Shown: positions 12,056-23,734 of the stretch, one piece after another
How positions within the stretch are numbered: position 1 is the stretch's first letter
Layout of the letters: every line of letters begins with the position of its first letter
Source: Kondoa subrosea
Lineage: Eukaryota
DNA: 64,000 nucleotides
Direction of reading: 5' to 3'
Assembly (NCBI GenBank): GCA_039545335.1
Contig: BCIN01000003.1
Span: 1,685,941-1,749,940 of the forward strand
The notes under the pieces: model-generated
The model's database searches: none
Seen by the model: only the letters and a program-made list of their open reading frames with translations
What the model was told of the DNA's origin: nothing
Position numbers and translations under genes: made by a program

Positions 12056-13435
12056 TCAATCTTCTTCTTCTTCTTCATCTTCTTCATCGAATCCCTGGAC
12101 TGAGATCACTTCTCCAGATCCGTCCAAAGTCACAACACTTAAGTATTCTTCTCCGCCTCTTGGTTTCTGCAGATACTGCATCGAGAGCTGTACATAAAGG
12201 TTTGGTTCCGCTAGATCCAGAAGTGGCTCATAATACGTTTCAGCCAAATCGATTAATTCTTCCTCTTTCATCTCCGGGCGAAATGATGCACCAAATGTTC
12301 GTATTACAGTTCTCGAAACTTGAGGGATGTGGTTCACGATAATGTGCAGGTAAGACAGATTTGGACGATCAAACAGAGGACCATACAATGCTTTGATTGA
12401 TTCTGATTGAGATTGGCCGGCGAGTTCGATTTCAAGCGTTCGAAGTTGAGATGGCCAATTTTGATGTAACCATTCGAGATCTTGTACAGACTTATTTTCG
12501 TCATCTTCACCGTCGGATACTGGTGCTAATCGAAGAATAGTACAAGAAGGGAAGCGAGACCAAAAGTATGACCAATCTGGGACAGCAGCGAGTGAAGTTG
12601 GACAACCAAGGAACTTCATTTCTTTGACAGAAGAGAATTGTTCCATGTTCTTGCTGATTAGCTTGGATTTGTTCGTTTCGGTTGAGGAGCTACCGCTATT
12701 CCATTTCCATACTAAATCTTGCGCGCTGTTTTGCCATCTTAAATCGATCTTGTTAACCAAGTCTTTGCCAAATGTGAAGCCTTGAAGAGCATACATGTCG
12801 CATTCCAGGCTTATATGATGAAGAGAAGGAGGAATTACTGATAGAGGTCGATTGGGAGAAGATAGTAACGAATCAGAGATATTCACCAAGTGTAGTTTGA
12901 CTAGCCGTGAAGATTGCTGCAGCTTCTCGAAGATTGGAGAGACCATCTTGACGAGCTTAGAGTCCACCGCGCCAGGAGGGATCTTCAAAGAAAGTTCGAC
13001 CAGATCGGCCAGGAATGCCCAGTCCACTATTGGATCGGATTCCAGATAGAAGTCTGATGGAGGTGTCCTACGGATACCACATCTAGACGGCCAGAACCCA
13101 ATGCTGTCCAATTCCAAATATACCGAACGGAGGTTGCGAAGTGTGAATAAGAGTTTAGTTTGCCAAATAGTATATGCTGCAACCTCTCCTTTTTCTCCAC
13201 TGATGCATATTTTGAGCTGCAGATGTTGGATATAATCTTTCAATTCTGGCTTCTGTTCCAAAGTCATTGCAAGAGCGCCCTGAGATCCAACATGTGACAT
13301 CGATATATGGGAATAGAGAACAGGTGTGGCCAAAGCGTTCCATTCCCAATTGAGGAGACAGATTTTACTCAATGAGTCGGGCGAGCAACAGGTTAAGAAG
13401 GATTGTAGAAGCTCCAAAGGAAAGTTCTGTAGCAT
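12056..13435 (-). CDS. F-box-like protein with probable LRR/RNI-like body, single coding exon
   Basis: Uninterrupted ~459-codon ORF; N-terminus LQNFPLELLQSFLTCCSPDSLSKICLLNWEWNALATPVLY fits the F-box-like pattern; repeated LxxLxL motifs; acidic tail. Confidence 0.75.
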   Translation of the reverse strand: MLQNFPLELLQSFLTCCSPDSLSKICLLNWEWNALATPVLYSHISMSHVGSQGALAMTLEQKPELKDYIQHLQLKICISGEKGEVAAYTIWQTKLLFTLRNLRSVYLELDSIGFWPSRCGIRRTPPSDFYLESDPIVDWAFLADLVELSLKIPPGAVDSKLVKMVSPIFEKLQQSSRLVKLHLVNISDSLLSSPNRPLSVIPPSLHHISLECDMYALQGFTFGKDLVNKIDLRWQNSAQDLVWKWNSGSSSTETNKSKLISKNMEQFSSVKEMKFLGCPTSLAAVPDWSYFWSRFPSCTILRLAPVSDGEDDENKSVQDLEWLHQNWPSQLRTLEIELAGQSQSESIKALYGPLFDRPNLSYLHIIVNHIPQVSRTVIRTFGASFRPEMKEEELIDLAETYYEPLLDLAEPNLYVQLSMQYLQKPRGGEEYLSVVTLDGSGEVISVQGFDEEDEEEEED

Positions 13436-14179
13436 TGTTTTCAATCTTGCCTTCTAGCTGATATTTAACACAGGAGACCAGAGAAGCGAGAAGTTCGACC
13501 ACAGGATAGTAGAGCAGTCGGAATGAGTCCGATTTCTTTAATTACAACGGTCAGCAGGACCACAAAACTGGCCGATCCGCACAAACCTTGATACAAATGC
13601 GCAAAGATGGTGGTTGGGCAGGGAAGAGAAGTCTTTCTATATATATTGCTTGATAAAGTCGTTCGATGCGATCGGCGGTTGCATTGGAAATTGCAAGCGT
13701 GTTTTGATTCTTCAGCTGCAATATTAGACCCTCTCCCTGTTGCATCTCGCCAAGGATTAGCTTCAGTTTAAGACGTTAACGTGAAGTGAGGGGAAGCAAG
13801 AGAACAGAAAACAAAGTTGACCGTCATGAGGAATACCTTCGTTTCAGCATCGGCTGCCTACAGCTGGAAAAATACAATGAAGAGATAGGGCATCGATAGT
13901 TCCAGTCATTGCCAACAGACGAGTAAGGATGACACGAAAAGACCTGTTGCGATTTCGCTTACCCAGCAGAAATCAATCCTTAGCGGCACTGTATCAGGTC
14001 AAAGCATGACGAGATGAAAGTCTACGGAAGAAGTGAGAGAGAAGACCAAACCGTAGGAACGCAGACCGCTTGAAGGTACCAAAATACCAGCATTTTGATT
14101 TCAGCAACACAGGGTTCTCCAATTAATAATGGCGTCACGCTGGGAGGCATTGAAGACAAATTTCTCATCAGTGATAGGT

Positions 14180-15058
14180 CTATCCATGTCGCCTCTTTCT
14201 CGAATTCTGCACTCTGATGAACAACCAATCGACCGCTTCACGTACACCAGTTCTGTCCGTCTCATCAGCAACAACGGGTACAAATGGAACGCACTCACCC
14301 CTTCAACGCTGAAATAGGCAAAACAGCTCCTTCGCTAACATCCATCCGTTCAACATGCCTATTGAACATTTCCTTTATTTCTTCAATAGGCGTAACTTCT
14401 TTATCTTGCGCGTCTTGCTTATTCGCTAATACCAAAGTAGGAATCCCTTCTATTCTCCTATCTTGGACGATTCCCTCTGTTCCCCAGTTATGAGTTGAAC
14501 TCATATAGAGGAAAGGGATATTGTAAGCTCACGAAAAACAGACCAAACTTCTTCCATCCTCGCTTTATCCGTTGAATCGATCACGAAAACTACAGCATGA
14601 CAATCGGAATAGTATTTTGGCCAAATCGCACGGAAATCTTTTTGACCTCCTAGATCCCAGAATTGCAACACAGAGGAAGATAAAGTAATTCGACCGACTG
14701 TTGATCAGCACGTCTAAGTTGTTGTATGGCGAACGAGATAGGAGAAGAGAAAACTAACTGTTTTGACCTACTGTGGGTGCGATTTTATCTGGCTCCAAAG
14801 TAGGTAAATCGGTGAATTGAGATTTGACATTCTCCAAGAAAGTCTATAGCATATGGAAGTACGTGTATCAGTCGTAACGGAGTAGAAGAAGAGCGAGAAG
14901 GTATGACGAACGGTTTTGCCTGCGTTGTCTAGACCAAGGATGATCACATTGAACTCTTCTTTCCTGAAAACAATGAATAAGAAGAGTACAAAGCGACGAG
15001 ATCCAGAAGAGCAGTACTTTGTGACATGCTGAATGATGCCAGTGATCAAATGGTACAT
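14180..15058 (-). CDS. ARL3: ARF-related GTPase Arl3/ARFRP1; multi-exon
   Basis: MYHLITG start (no Gly2, typical of ARFRP1), ILGLDNAGKT, PTVGQN, FWDLGGQ, LANKQD, ISALKG, ends VREAVDWLFIRVQNSRKRRHG*. Confidence 0.92.
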
Positions 15059-15250
15059 TCGACCGATTCGACGGTGCAAGCGAGACTAAGCGGAAGAGGA
15101 AGAAACGCTAGAGCTGTATAAGAGCGAGCTATATCACAGCACACAGGGCATGATTCGCACTCTGCCTGACACGCTCAAGCAAGTCAAGGTGCTCGTTTGA
15201 AGTTGACCCAAATATCTCTTTTCCTGAAACCGCGGCAGTCCACTACTGCA

Positions 15251-16808
15251 ATGGATGATCTGTTTGGCGACAATGAAGTAGCCGAGGAGCAGCAAGAGCA
15301 GCAGCAAGACGAGTCAGGGCAAGCAGAACCTGTGGTCGATACTTTGGCCGACGACTTATTCGGGGACGAGGAAATCACAGCTCCAGCTTCAGCTCAAGCT
15401 CACAATGGTGGTCTACCAGCATTCTCTGACTTCCTAGATTCTTCTCTCCCACAACAGGACGAGGCATTGACCGAAGAACAGATACAAGCTCGACGAGCTC
15501 TGGAATATGAGGAAGACTATTCCCAGCAACAAGGCTATGGTACTCAGGATGTTGAGATGGGAGGCTCTAGAAGGATTGCAGATCTTATGTTTTCCAATTT
15601 ACCAAGACCTGCTTCTAAAGGAACGGTTAGTTGACTCTCTCTCTCATACCAACTCCTATATAGGTAGCACTCTCTGATCACGCGACCTTATCGTAGTTCT
15701 GGCACGTCAAGATGCCTAATTTCATTCGAGTAGATCCAGCACCTTTCGATGAATTGACTTGGAATGAGAAAGAAGAAGATACAGCCAATCTCTTGAGCAA
15801 AGGCGGACCTAATCAAGTAACCTTACCGGATGAGAACGTGATTCGCTGGCGATGGTGTAAAACGGAAGATGGTCTATCTCTTTACAAACAAGCAAACGCT
15901 CGAATCGTACTCTGGGATGATGGTTCAGCTTCATTACAACTGGGTTCTGAATTCTTTGACGTTACTACCAATATTGACGATTCTGCTAATCCTTCTCAAC
16001 CTGGAATCAAGAAACAATCCAGACCGAATATCTTAACTTTACCTCTTGTTAGCGAAAACAAGGACAAACCTCAAGGTCTAACTTACCTCATGGTTGAACA
16101 TACTTATTCTACTGGTATTCTACAAACCCACGCAAGAATAGCAGGAACAATGGCTTTCACTCCTTCTGCCATCAATGCCAAATCCCACAGAAAATTAGCA
16201 ACAGGTGTAGCTGATCGTCATATCAAGACTACGAGAACTATCAAGATGGAAGTTAAAGCAGATCCAGAAGTAGAGAAATTGAAAGCTGATCAAGCTGCTG
16301 CTGCTAAAATCAAAGCTGCAAAGAAGGAAGCTAGAAAAGCTGCTGGAGGAGGTGGTAGTAGAAGAAAGAAATCAATGCGAAGCGAGAGATTGTATTCGGA
16401 TTCGGAAGGAGACGAGGAAGAGGATGGGTACGCAAGTGATGAAGCTGGAGGAGGAGAGGATGAAGGCAGACCTAAATTCAAATCAAGAGATCGCAAACCT
16501 CGCTATGATGAGATTGATGATGATGGCTTTGTGGTAGCTTCAGATGAGGATGATGGCGGAGGAAGACAAAGAACGACGGCCCAAATGGACGATGAAATGG
16601 ATGAAATTGATGCTGGTACGGTCTTTTTCATGCCCTGATTGCTTGTAAATGCTAACATAGTACAACAGCCGATGCGAGACTTGAGCGAGAACGCAAGGAG
16701 AGGAAGAGTGGTGCAGCGGCAATGAAGGAGTCTATGGATATTGACATTCCGGAAGCAGAAGACGCGCCCAAACGTCGTTTAGTGATCGAAGGATCAGACG
16801 AGGAGTAG
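15251..16808 (+). CDS. LEO1: Paf1 complex subunit Leo1
   Basis: DDLFGD acidic N-terminus; MPNFIRVDPAPFD...ENVIRWRW...NARIVLWDDGSASLQLGSEFFD (Leo1 domain); SHRKL; acidic C-terminus. Confidence 0.92.
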
Positions 16809-16930
16809 AGCAGCTGCCAAATTGTACTGGCTCAATGTATCTCTATGTTCTTAGCAGAACTCAAAGAACGATACCATTACTGGGTCACAGCATTTCCTCC
16901 CTTGTATACTTACGTAAGCTGCATACCTCT

Positions 16931-16960
16931 GCGTCCACAAATATTGCGTCCACAAATATT
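16931..16960. repeat. Perfect 15-bp tandem duplication (gcgtccacaaatatt x2)
   Basis: Directly visible in sequence. Confidence 0.9.
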
Positions 16961-16977
16961 GGCCCTTTTTCCTTACC

Positions 16978-17601
16978 ATGAACCACTATACTTATAAGGC
17001 TGCCCGGGATACTTATACCATCTGTGGAATAACCTTCACTCGGCCAGAACTATCCATGATTTGTCAAGCATGCAACAAAGAGGCATCAAGGTCGAGGTAT
17101 AAGAAAGAGGACAGCAACACACACATTCTGACGTTTGAGCAGAGAAAGGTGTGCCTCTGATCACTCTGAGACCTCGCGTTTGGCACTGTCTCTGACTATG
17201 TATTCTCGCTTTCAATAGCCGGTTCTTCTAGGCTGTATGTGCATGACTTCATTCCATGCGAGCGTTTGGTCTGAGCTGCTTCCGAAGTTATCCTAGGGCT
17301 CTACTGAGCAGGAAAGAATGCGTCAGTACAATTGCGAAGCTTGCGTTATATATCACAGTTCCTAAATGATCTGCTGTGTTAGGGAACGCTTCTTTATTCG
17401 GACGAAACAGATCTTCCTCTACTGCGACTTGCTCAGACAACTAACGGATGGAGCTTGCAGGACCAGGTGCTGAAGCGATCGCGCGGGCTGCTCTTGCAAG
17501 ATGCATTGCTAAGAGGTACAGACATGTTGTAGCCAAACGAACACGACACTGATTTCTTCACTATTAGACAAGAAGAGGCTCTACCTCCTTATGAAGAGTG
17601 A
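16978..17601 (+). CDS. Possible small spliced hypothetical gene (exon structure unresolved)
   Basis: ATG-initiated 60-codon ORF followed by several GT...CTRAY...AG units and a possible terminal EEALPPYEE*; no unique frame-consistent model found. Confidence 0.3.
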
Positions 17602-17981
17602 ATGTCAAGGAAGCATTTCCGAGCCTGCTTGTAATTTAATGTAATAAGTTCTCGTCAAAAGGACTCTAATTGAAAGAAAAACTGATGGTAAAACAATCCG
17701 ACATCTAAAACCCCCTTCTGTTGTCTCTCTAGAAACTCACACCCTTCTTGAAAACCCCTCATGCATGATGATGATTGTAATTTTACAAAGTCCCTTTTGA
17801 ATTTTCGATATTTCGTTGATTGCGTTTGTCCGTTAGACAGAAATGATGCTGAGGAGGAAAAGGTATGCGAAGAGAAAGCGGCTGGAAAGAAGAAGGTGCA
17901 AGATGTATGGATGCCAGGGTATTTGAAAGACTGAAGACGAAAAAAGAGAAAGAGCCTTGATTTTGGTGAGATTTTAGGACA

Positions 17982-19949
17982 CTACTGAGGTGCACCGAAA
18001 GAGAAACCAGATGCTGGTGCTTGAAGGTCGGATTGGAAAGCGAATGCACCTGTCTCGTCGACCGCTGCTCCATCCACATCGGCTTCATCATCATCAGGGA
18101 AGTATTTGTCCATAAGGAAGAAGGTTCTGTTGTAAGAACTCTACTTAGCATACACTATTGCGACCGAAAATGAATGACAAACTTTTTGTAAATCTCATTG
18201 TTCTCGTGCGTTTGCAGATTGTGAATAGCCAACATGCCCCCAGCTTCTTCGATATAGAGAGCATAAGGATTGGTTCCGCCATTAGCATCCTTGTCCAAAT
18301 CGCCAACTTTCAGAATGTTTTCCAGACCATCTAAAGCGACTTGAATGATTTTGTTGTCCATACTTTGCAGCAAGTCGCACAAAGGCTTGATGCATCCTTG
18401 TTGAACTAGATAACGAATTTGATTGGGTTCTGCCAAGCCGCCTGAGGTAGCATTGGATAGAGCCCAGCAGGCTTCTTTCTTTGTTCGGAAATCGGCATTT
18501 TGCAAAATGTTGATTAAAGGTGGAATCAGGTTGGCGTCAATGACGGATTGAATTTGAATAGGACTGCCAGCGGTGATGTTTGAGATAGTCCAGCAAGCTT
18601 CTTTTCGGATACCATCTTTTGGTGAGGAAAGAAGGGAAAGGAGGGCAGTCAAGGCGCCTGAGGCGATGACGACTTGAGTTTGCATGTCATCACCAGTGAC
18701 AATGTTTCCAACAGATCGAAGAGCGGGTGTTTGCACAGCCGTGGAATTGTGCCTGTCACACGAAGACGGGAAGATTCAGTCAAAATACGACGTGCTTCCG
18801 CTATCACTGACATGAGGAGTTCCACTAGTCGCCTTACAACGCCAGATTCGATGACGGCTTGAATCTTGTCATTCGAGCCATCCGAAAGGTAAGAAATAGC
18901 CCAGCATGCGTCAATAAGAACTTCGTCATCCATAGAGTAGATGAGTTTAGTGAGTACGCTGAGAGCAGGTGAGATCTGTACGTATTACCGAAAGAGGCTC
19001 ATCAGTATGAAACTGAAAGAACGATCTGTCAACGCACCAGATCCCAACTCGGTTGCGGGTTCTTTCCTCTGCAGAAGTTGGACAATGACCAAGTAGCATT
19101 TCTGAGCATAGAAAGCTTGTGATGCTCGTTCAATAGACTGAGCAAAGGTCGCAATGCTCCTTGACCCAAAACGTAGTCACGGCATTTCGGTGAATCTCCT
19201 GCAATGTTTCCCAAAGCCCACACTGCTTGTTCTCTTACATCAATGACTGGTGAATTGAGGAGTTCGATGAAGATTGGGACGGAGCCTGCGTTGATGACTA
19301 CTTGAGTATGCTCTGAAGTACCGGATGCAATGTTGGTCAAAGCCCAAGCTGCTTCAAACTGTCATTTTCGACAATGTTACTTCAACATACATTATGTTGA
19401 CGAGCTTTTGCAAAACTGACCTGAATCATTGAATGCTGAGAATGCAGGAACTCGACAAAGCGAGCAACGACGCCACATTCAATAACACGCTCAATAGGAG
19501 GATTGCGTTCTTTGGACAAGAGTTTTCTGAATTTCGTTGTTGCATCTAATTGAGCTTCAACAGAATCAGAAAAGACGCCTTGAATCATTTGAGGTAACTG
19601 TTCAGCGAGCTGTAGATGCACGTAGTCCAAGTATCAGCCAGGCTCTGAACGACACAGTCTGCTACGCGGCCTACCTGAGAGTCGAGCTGGCCAGCGACAG
19701 CGTTATCATCGTCCGAGTCGTCCTCGCCATCAGCAGGAATTGTCAGGTTGCGACGTTTGGCAACAGATTCTTCTCGCTTTTGCTTTCTGATTTCCACTTG
19801 CTGCTCTTCCCTACGCCGACGTAGCTCTTCGGCGCCAAAGACGTTCTTGTTCTTGTACTGTGTTCTCCTGGCCTGGGTTGCAATGCGAAAGATTCGCATG
19901 AGCTCAAAGCTTCGTGTAATTTCCGTCTAACGCTATAACTCACGTCCAT
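17982..19949 (-). CDS. SRP1: Importin subunit alpha (karyopherin alpha)
   Basis: IBB domain RRTQYKNK...[31 protein letters not shown] repeats ([34 protein letters not shown]). Confidence 0.96.
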
Positions 19950-20620
19950 GGTCCTGTTAAAGAGTGTGATGGGTGTTCTCGAGGCTAATGAACGGCGGTA
20001 CTGCTTGAAGCTTGTTTTCGAGAGCAGAATCTGTTCAACCATGTTTGTAGGTTTCACTACGAAATCCTTGGAAAGGGGGATCCACGCCGAGCCTCTTCTT
20101 TCTGCCTCCGTTTCGTGTCTGGCATTGTGCTCTCTCTCTCTCGTTCTCTACGCTTGCACAGTGGTATTCCTGTCTTTTCATTGTTCGAAAGTTTCTTTGT
20201 CTTTGTCTCTGGCTTCTGTGTGCTGAGATTTCTGCGTAGTCGCTGTAATCCCAAGGAGATGAAGACCTTGAGGCTTGCATCGCCTGTACCGTGCGAAGGA
20301 CTCTTTGGATACTTATTGTACTCGAATGCAGACTGCCGATCGAACTCGATACACTTTCTCCATCGCATTGATGCCCACTTTTACCTACTGTGGGATTGCT
20401 TCTCTACTGTCGCAGATCTCGCAAACAGAAAACAGCTTTCCTTGAGCTTTCCGCCCCTTTCATCGACTTTCACGTTTCAAGTTACAATAAGTGTTTGCCT
20501 TCTGAAAGCTCTCGCTATTTAGCTTGAATTATCCTCTTTCCTCTTCTTCTCCTCAACCATCTCCCTCTTCTATCCCCTTCTCCTTCCAGCTTAGCTTCAA
20601 ATACCTCTCAGATAAAAGAT

Positions 20621-23411
20621 ATGAACCATCCGCAGAATCCTGACCATCCAGGTAAGCTCGTTATTTCACAAATTGGACAGCTTTGCTCATCTCTTGAATG
20701 ATAGCCAACTTCAATGTAGGCTCAAGCTCCAGTCGCAATGCTGGCTGGAATGCCGTGAGCCGATTACCCTCTGTCATTTGCTCAGGAATAGGCTTATTTT
20801 CTTCGTTTCTTAGGTCAACCGATCTGTATGTGGATCTCTGATCTCACCTGCCCGAATTTGGCCTCATTCGCCTATAGAGCATTCAGCCGTCACCTAACGC
20901 ATCGTCGACTACTCGCGGCGGCTCTCCTCAATCGCCTTCATCCAACAATACTGCATCCACGCATACTGTTGGTAGATCGTCAACTACGTCCGCTGTAAGT
21001 CATGTCATCCTGTCCTGCTATATCGAAAGGGTATTAACTACGTATTCAGAGGGCTGCCGGTAAGACATATTCAGGGAGTATTGATTTCCTAACTCAAGCA
21101 TAATGTGAAGGTGAACTTGTGCAATGCAGCAATGCCGTCGAAACGTCGCTCCATGTTGGTCGATGTCAATACCTTTATATCAAAAGGTGTCTGACTACAT
21201 GCCCTCTAGCTGAATCTAGATCCGAATCTACCTGGCAATACCGGCTTTACTGCGTATGAACTTCGCAACCGTCATTTACATGAAATCTACAAGCGCAATT
21301 TCAACTACTATAAAGGCTCAGTAGAGTCCATGCTAAACCGTGCGTATTCAATGTCCGAATCGAGCATGATCATGGAGATGGTTGACTTGTTTTGGCTTCA
21401 GCAAACGATGCGGTCTTGCATCAATGCGCAAGTGACACAAAGACCGAGGTCGACATCTTTATAAACAGAATCACCTACCGATATCGTACGTATCATGTTG
21501 CATCGCACCACTATGTCAATATACAAGGCACCATGTACCGTTGGACGCCTCACATAAATCCCGTCGATGACACACCATTGCGTGAAGTACACATAGCTAC
21601 TGTTACTTCTTCAACTGCGGTACAGAAGAAGCAGAATTTGCATCGCGAATTGGGCATCCTGAAGGCACGGATCGACGCCTATGACAACTTGGAGGCGCAA
21701 CACTTCGTACAACGGGGAATCGAACTGCCGCTTCACCACGACTTTGTGCACTTCTGGTCTCTTCTACTGCACGGGAGCTCTTCTCTATTTTCGCTGCGCC
21801 AACTATGCGTTTCCTTATTTCATATTGGTGCTACAGACCTTGCCAATCGGCTAGTAGGGTGTGCAGGAGATCAGGATCTCAAAAATTGGCTCGAGCACAG
21901 AGGTGTTGATAGCTCTGGTCAGCCGCAGGAAATCGGCATGCCCAAGAGTAGGTGACCTTTTTACGTAGGGCCTGTACACCAAGAGAACTGATACTCGTGT
22001 AGTTGTGCGGGATGTCTGCGAACTGTACTACAAATTCCGCGAGCCACCAAGCAAGAGTACAGGCAGAAGCGGCGGCGGAGGAGGCGGTGAAGGCTCCAGT
22101 ATTCAAGCGCGCTCCGATACCCCAGTCGTATCACCAAAAGACTTCTTGGACTTGGTTATGGCTCACTTGGTCCCTTTCGATTGGAAGAAGCAGGGGAAAG
22201 AAATTGTTTTTCCTGAACACATATCCGAACATGTTCAAGCTAACAGACGCGCGTATTTTAATCCTCAAGCTCCCAGCGCAAGAGTTCCTCGGGTCATCAG
22301 GATCCCGGACGTGACTCAGCAACATCATGTAGGGCATGTCTCTGTTCTGCTGAAAGCTCCATTAAGCTTCTCTATTAAAGGCTGAGGAGCCCATCAAGAA
22401 TTTGCTCGTCAGTTCCGGCATAGCTCGTAGAGCAGCGGACAAAATTCTGGAAACTCACCATCTCTATGCTGGAGATACAGAATACGTGCGAATATCTTCG
22501 GCACGCAAGTATTGACTGAATGCCTTCTGACAAATGAAATAGGATGTTTGGGTGAAAAAACAACAAGTACTCGGCGGCGAGAAGCAGCGAGATACCAGCA
22601 ATCCAGAACTGGCACAACTCGGACCCGAAAGGATTGAGAGAAGAATGCGCATGAATGACCAAGGCCGTGTGCGTACAGAATCGTATAATTCAACTGCAGC
22701 AGTTAAACAATTTTTGCAGTACGAAGACGAGGTAGACAGCTTGCTATATAGATCTTAACGTTCTGCGGCCTCATAGCTCTGATAGCTCCTTCGCCAATTC
22801 GCCGCCTGGCGCGCAAAGGTTTTATATATCTGCCGATATCTTGGACTTGACTGACGCATATGCTGCTGCTGTTAGAACGTCAATTCGCTGCGCACAAGAG
22901 CACAGTTCAGCGGAACCAAAGAAAAAAGTCTTATCATAGAAACACATCGTGCTGTCGGCATGGGCTACCTCGAACTTAAACATCGGGAAGCTAAGCGAAG
23001 ACTTGATCTGCGCGACGACGAGAGTGTAAGCAGCAGTTTCCAACCCGCGGATATTACATATTGCTTTTCTGACAGGATTGGGAAGATTTCTACAACTGGA
23101 AAACCAGTAAACTGTTCTGCTGTCACAAATGCTATCCAGCACTGAATCCTTTTCGCGATCTACGACAAGCCTTTCAGAAAGGAAGCCAAACCGACAAATG
23201 GCCTCAGCATCTGAATCAAAGCCACGAAGGAGTCGATCAAACGCAATGGTCAGTCCCTGCTCAACGCAAATTTCTTCTCCTCGAACTTCAACAACTGGAA
23301 TCGCACAAAAATATGCCAACCTTCACTCCACCATTGCCATTGATGCATGATGCTCTGGAATACTACAGCCACCTATATCCTTTATCAGCCACATCTCGTA
23401 CTACTCCATGA
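20621..23411 (+). CDS. Large multi-exon hypothetical protein, no recognised domain
   Basis: Chain of same-strand open exons (e.g. 21392-21950, 22005-22310, 22543-22731, 22876-23026, 23076-23411) joined by canonical short introns; 3' exons splice in frame; 5' structure approximate. Confidence 0.6.
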
Positions 23412-23734
23412 AACCCTGGCTGCTCTTCTCACACATGGTTGTATATGATCTTCTTTAGACCTCTGCAATGCATGCAATAGAATTTACGGGATAATCAAGT
23501 CCACGGTTACTCTGCCCTCGAGACCGTGTCAGACATTGCGAAATTTAAGCAGATGTAGACTTGGAATGAATGAGGCATATTGCCATTTTTGTGAAACATA
23601 AGGAAACAAGCAAAGCACAAGACTCTAAAAAGGGTCAATATCAATCGTATTTCAAGCAGACAACAAGCAAAATCTATGCACATTTCGAGTATCTCATCCT
23701 TTCCTCTGTCTCTCGTGTTTCTCAATAGACTACC

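Noticed and set aside
20035..20522. Overlapping ORFs and (CT)n tract upstream of importin alpha
   Set aside because: Low-complexity purine/pyrimidine-biased leader or promoter sequence; ORFs lack motifs
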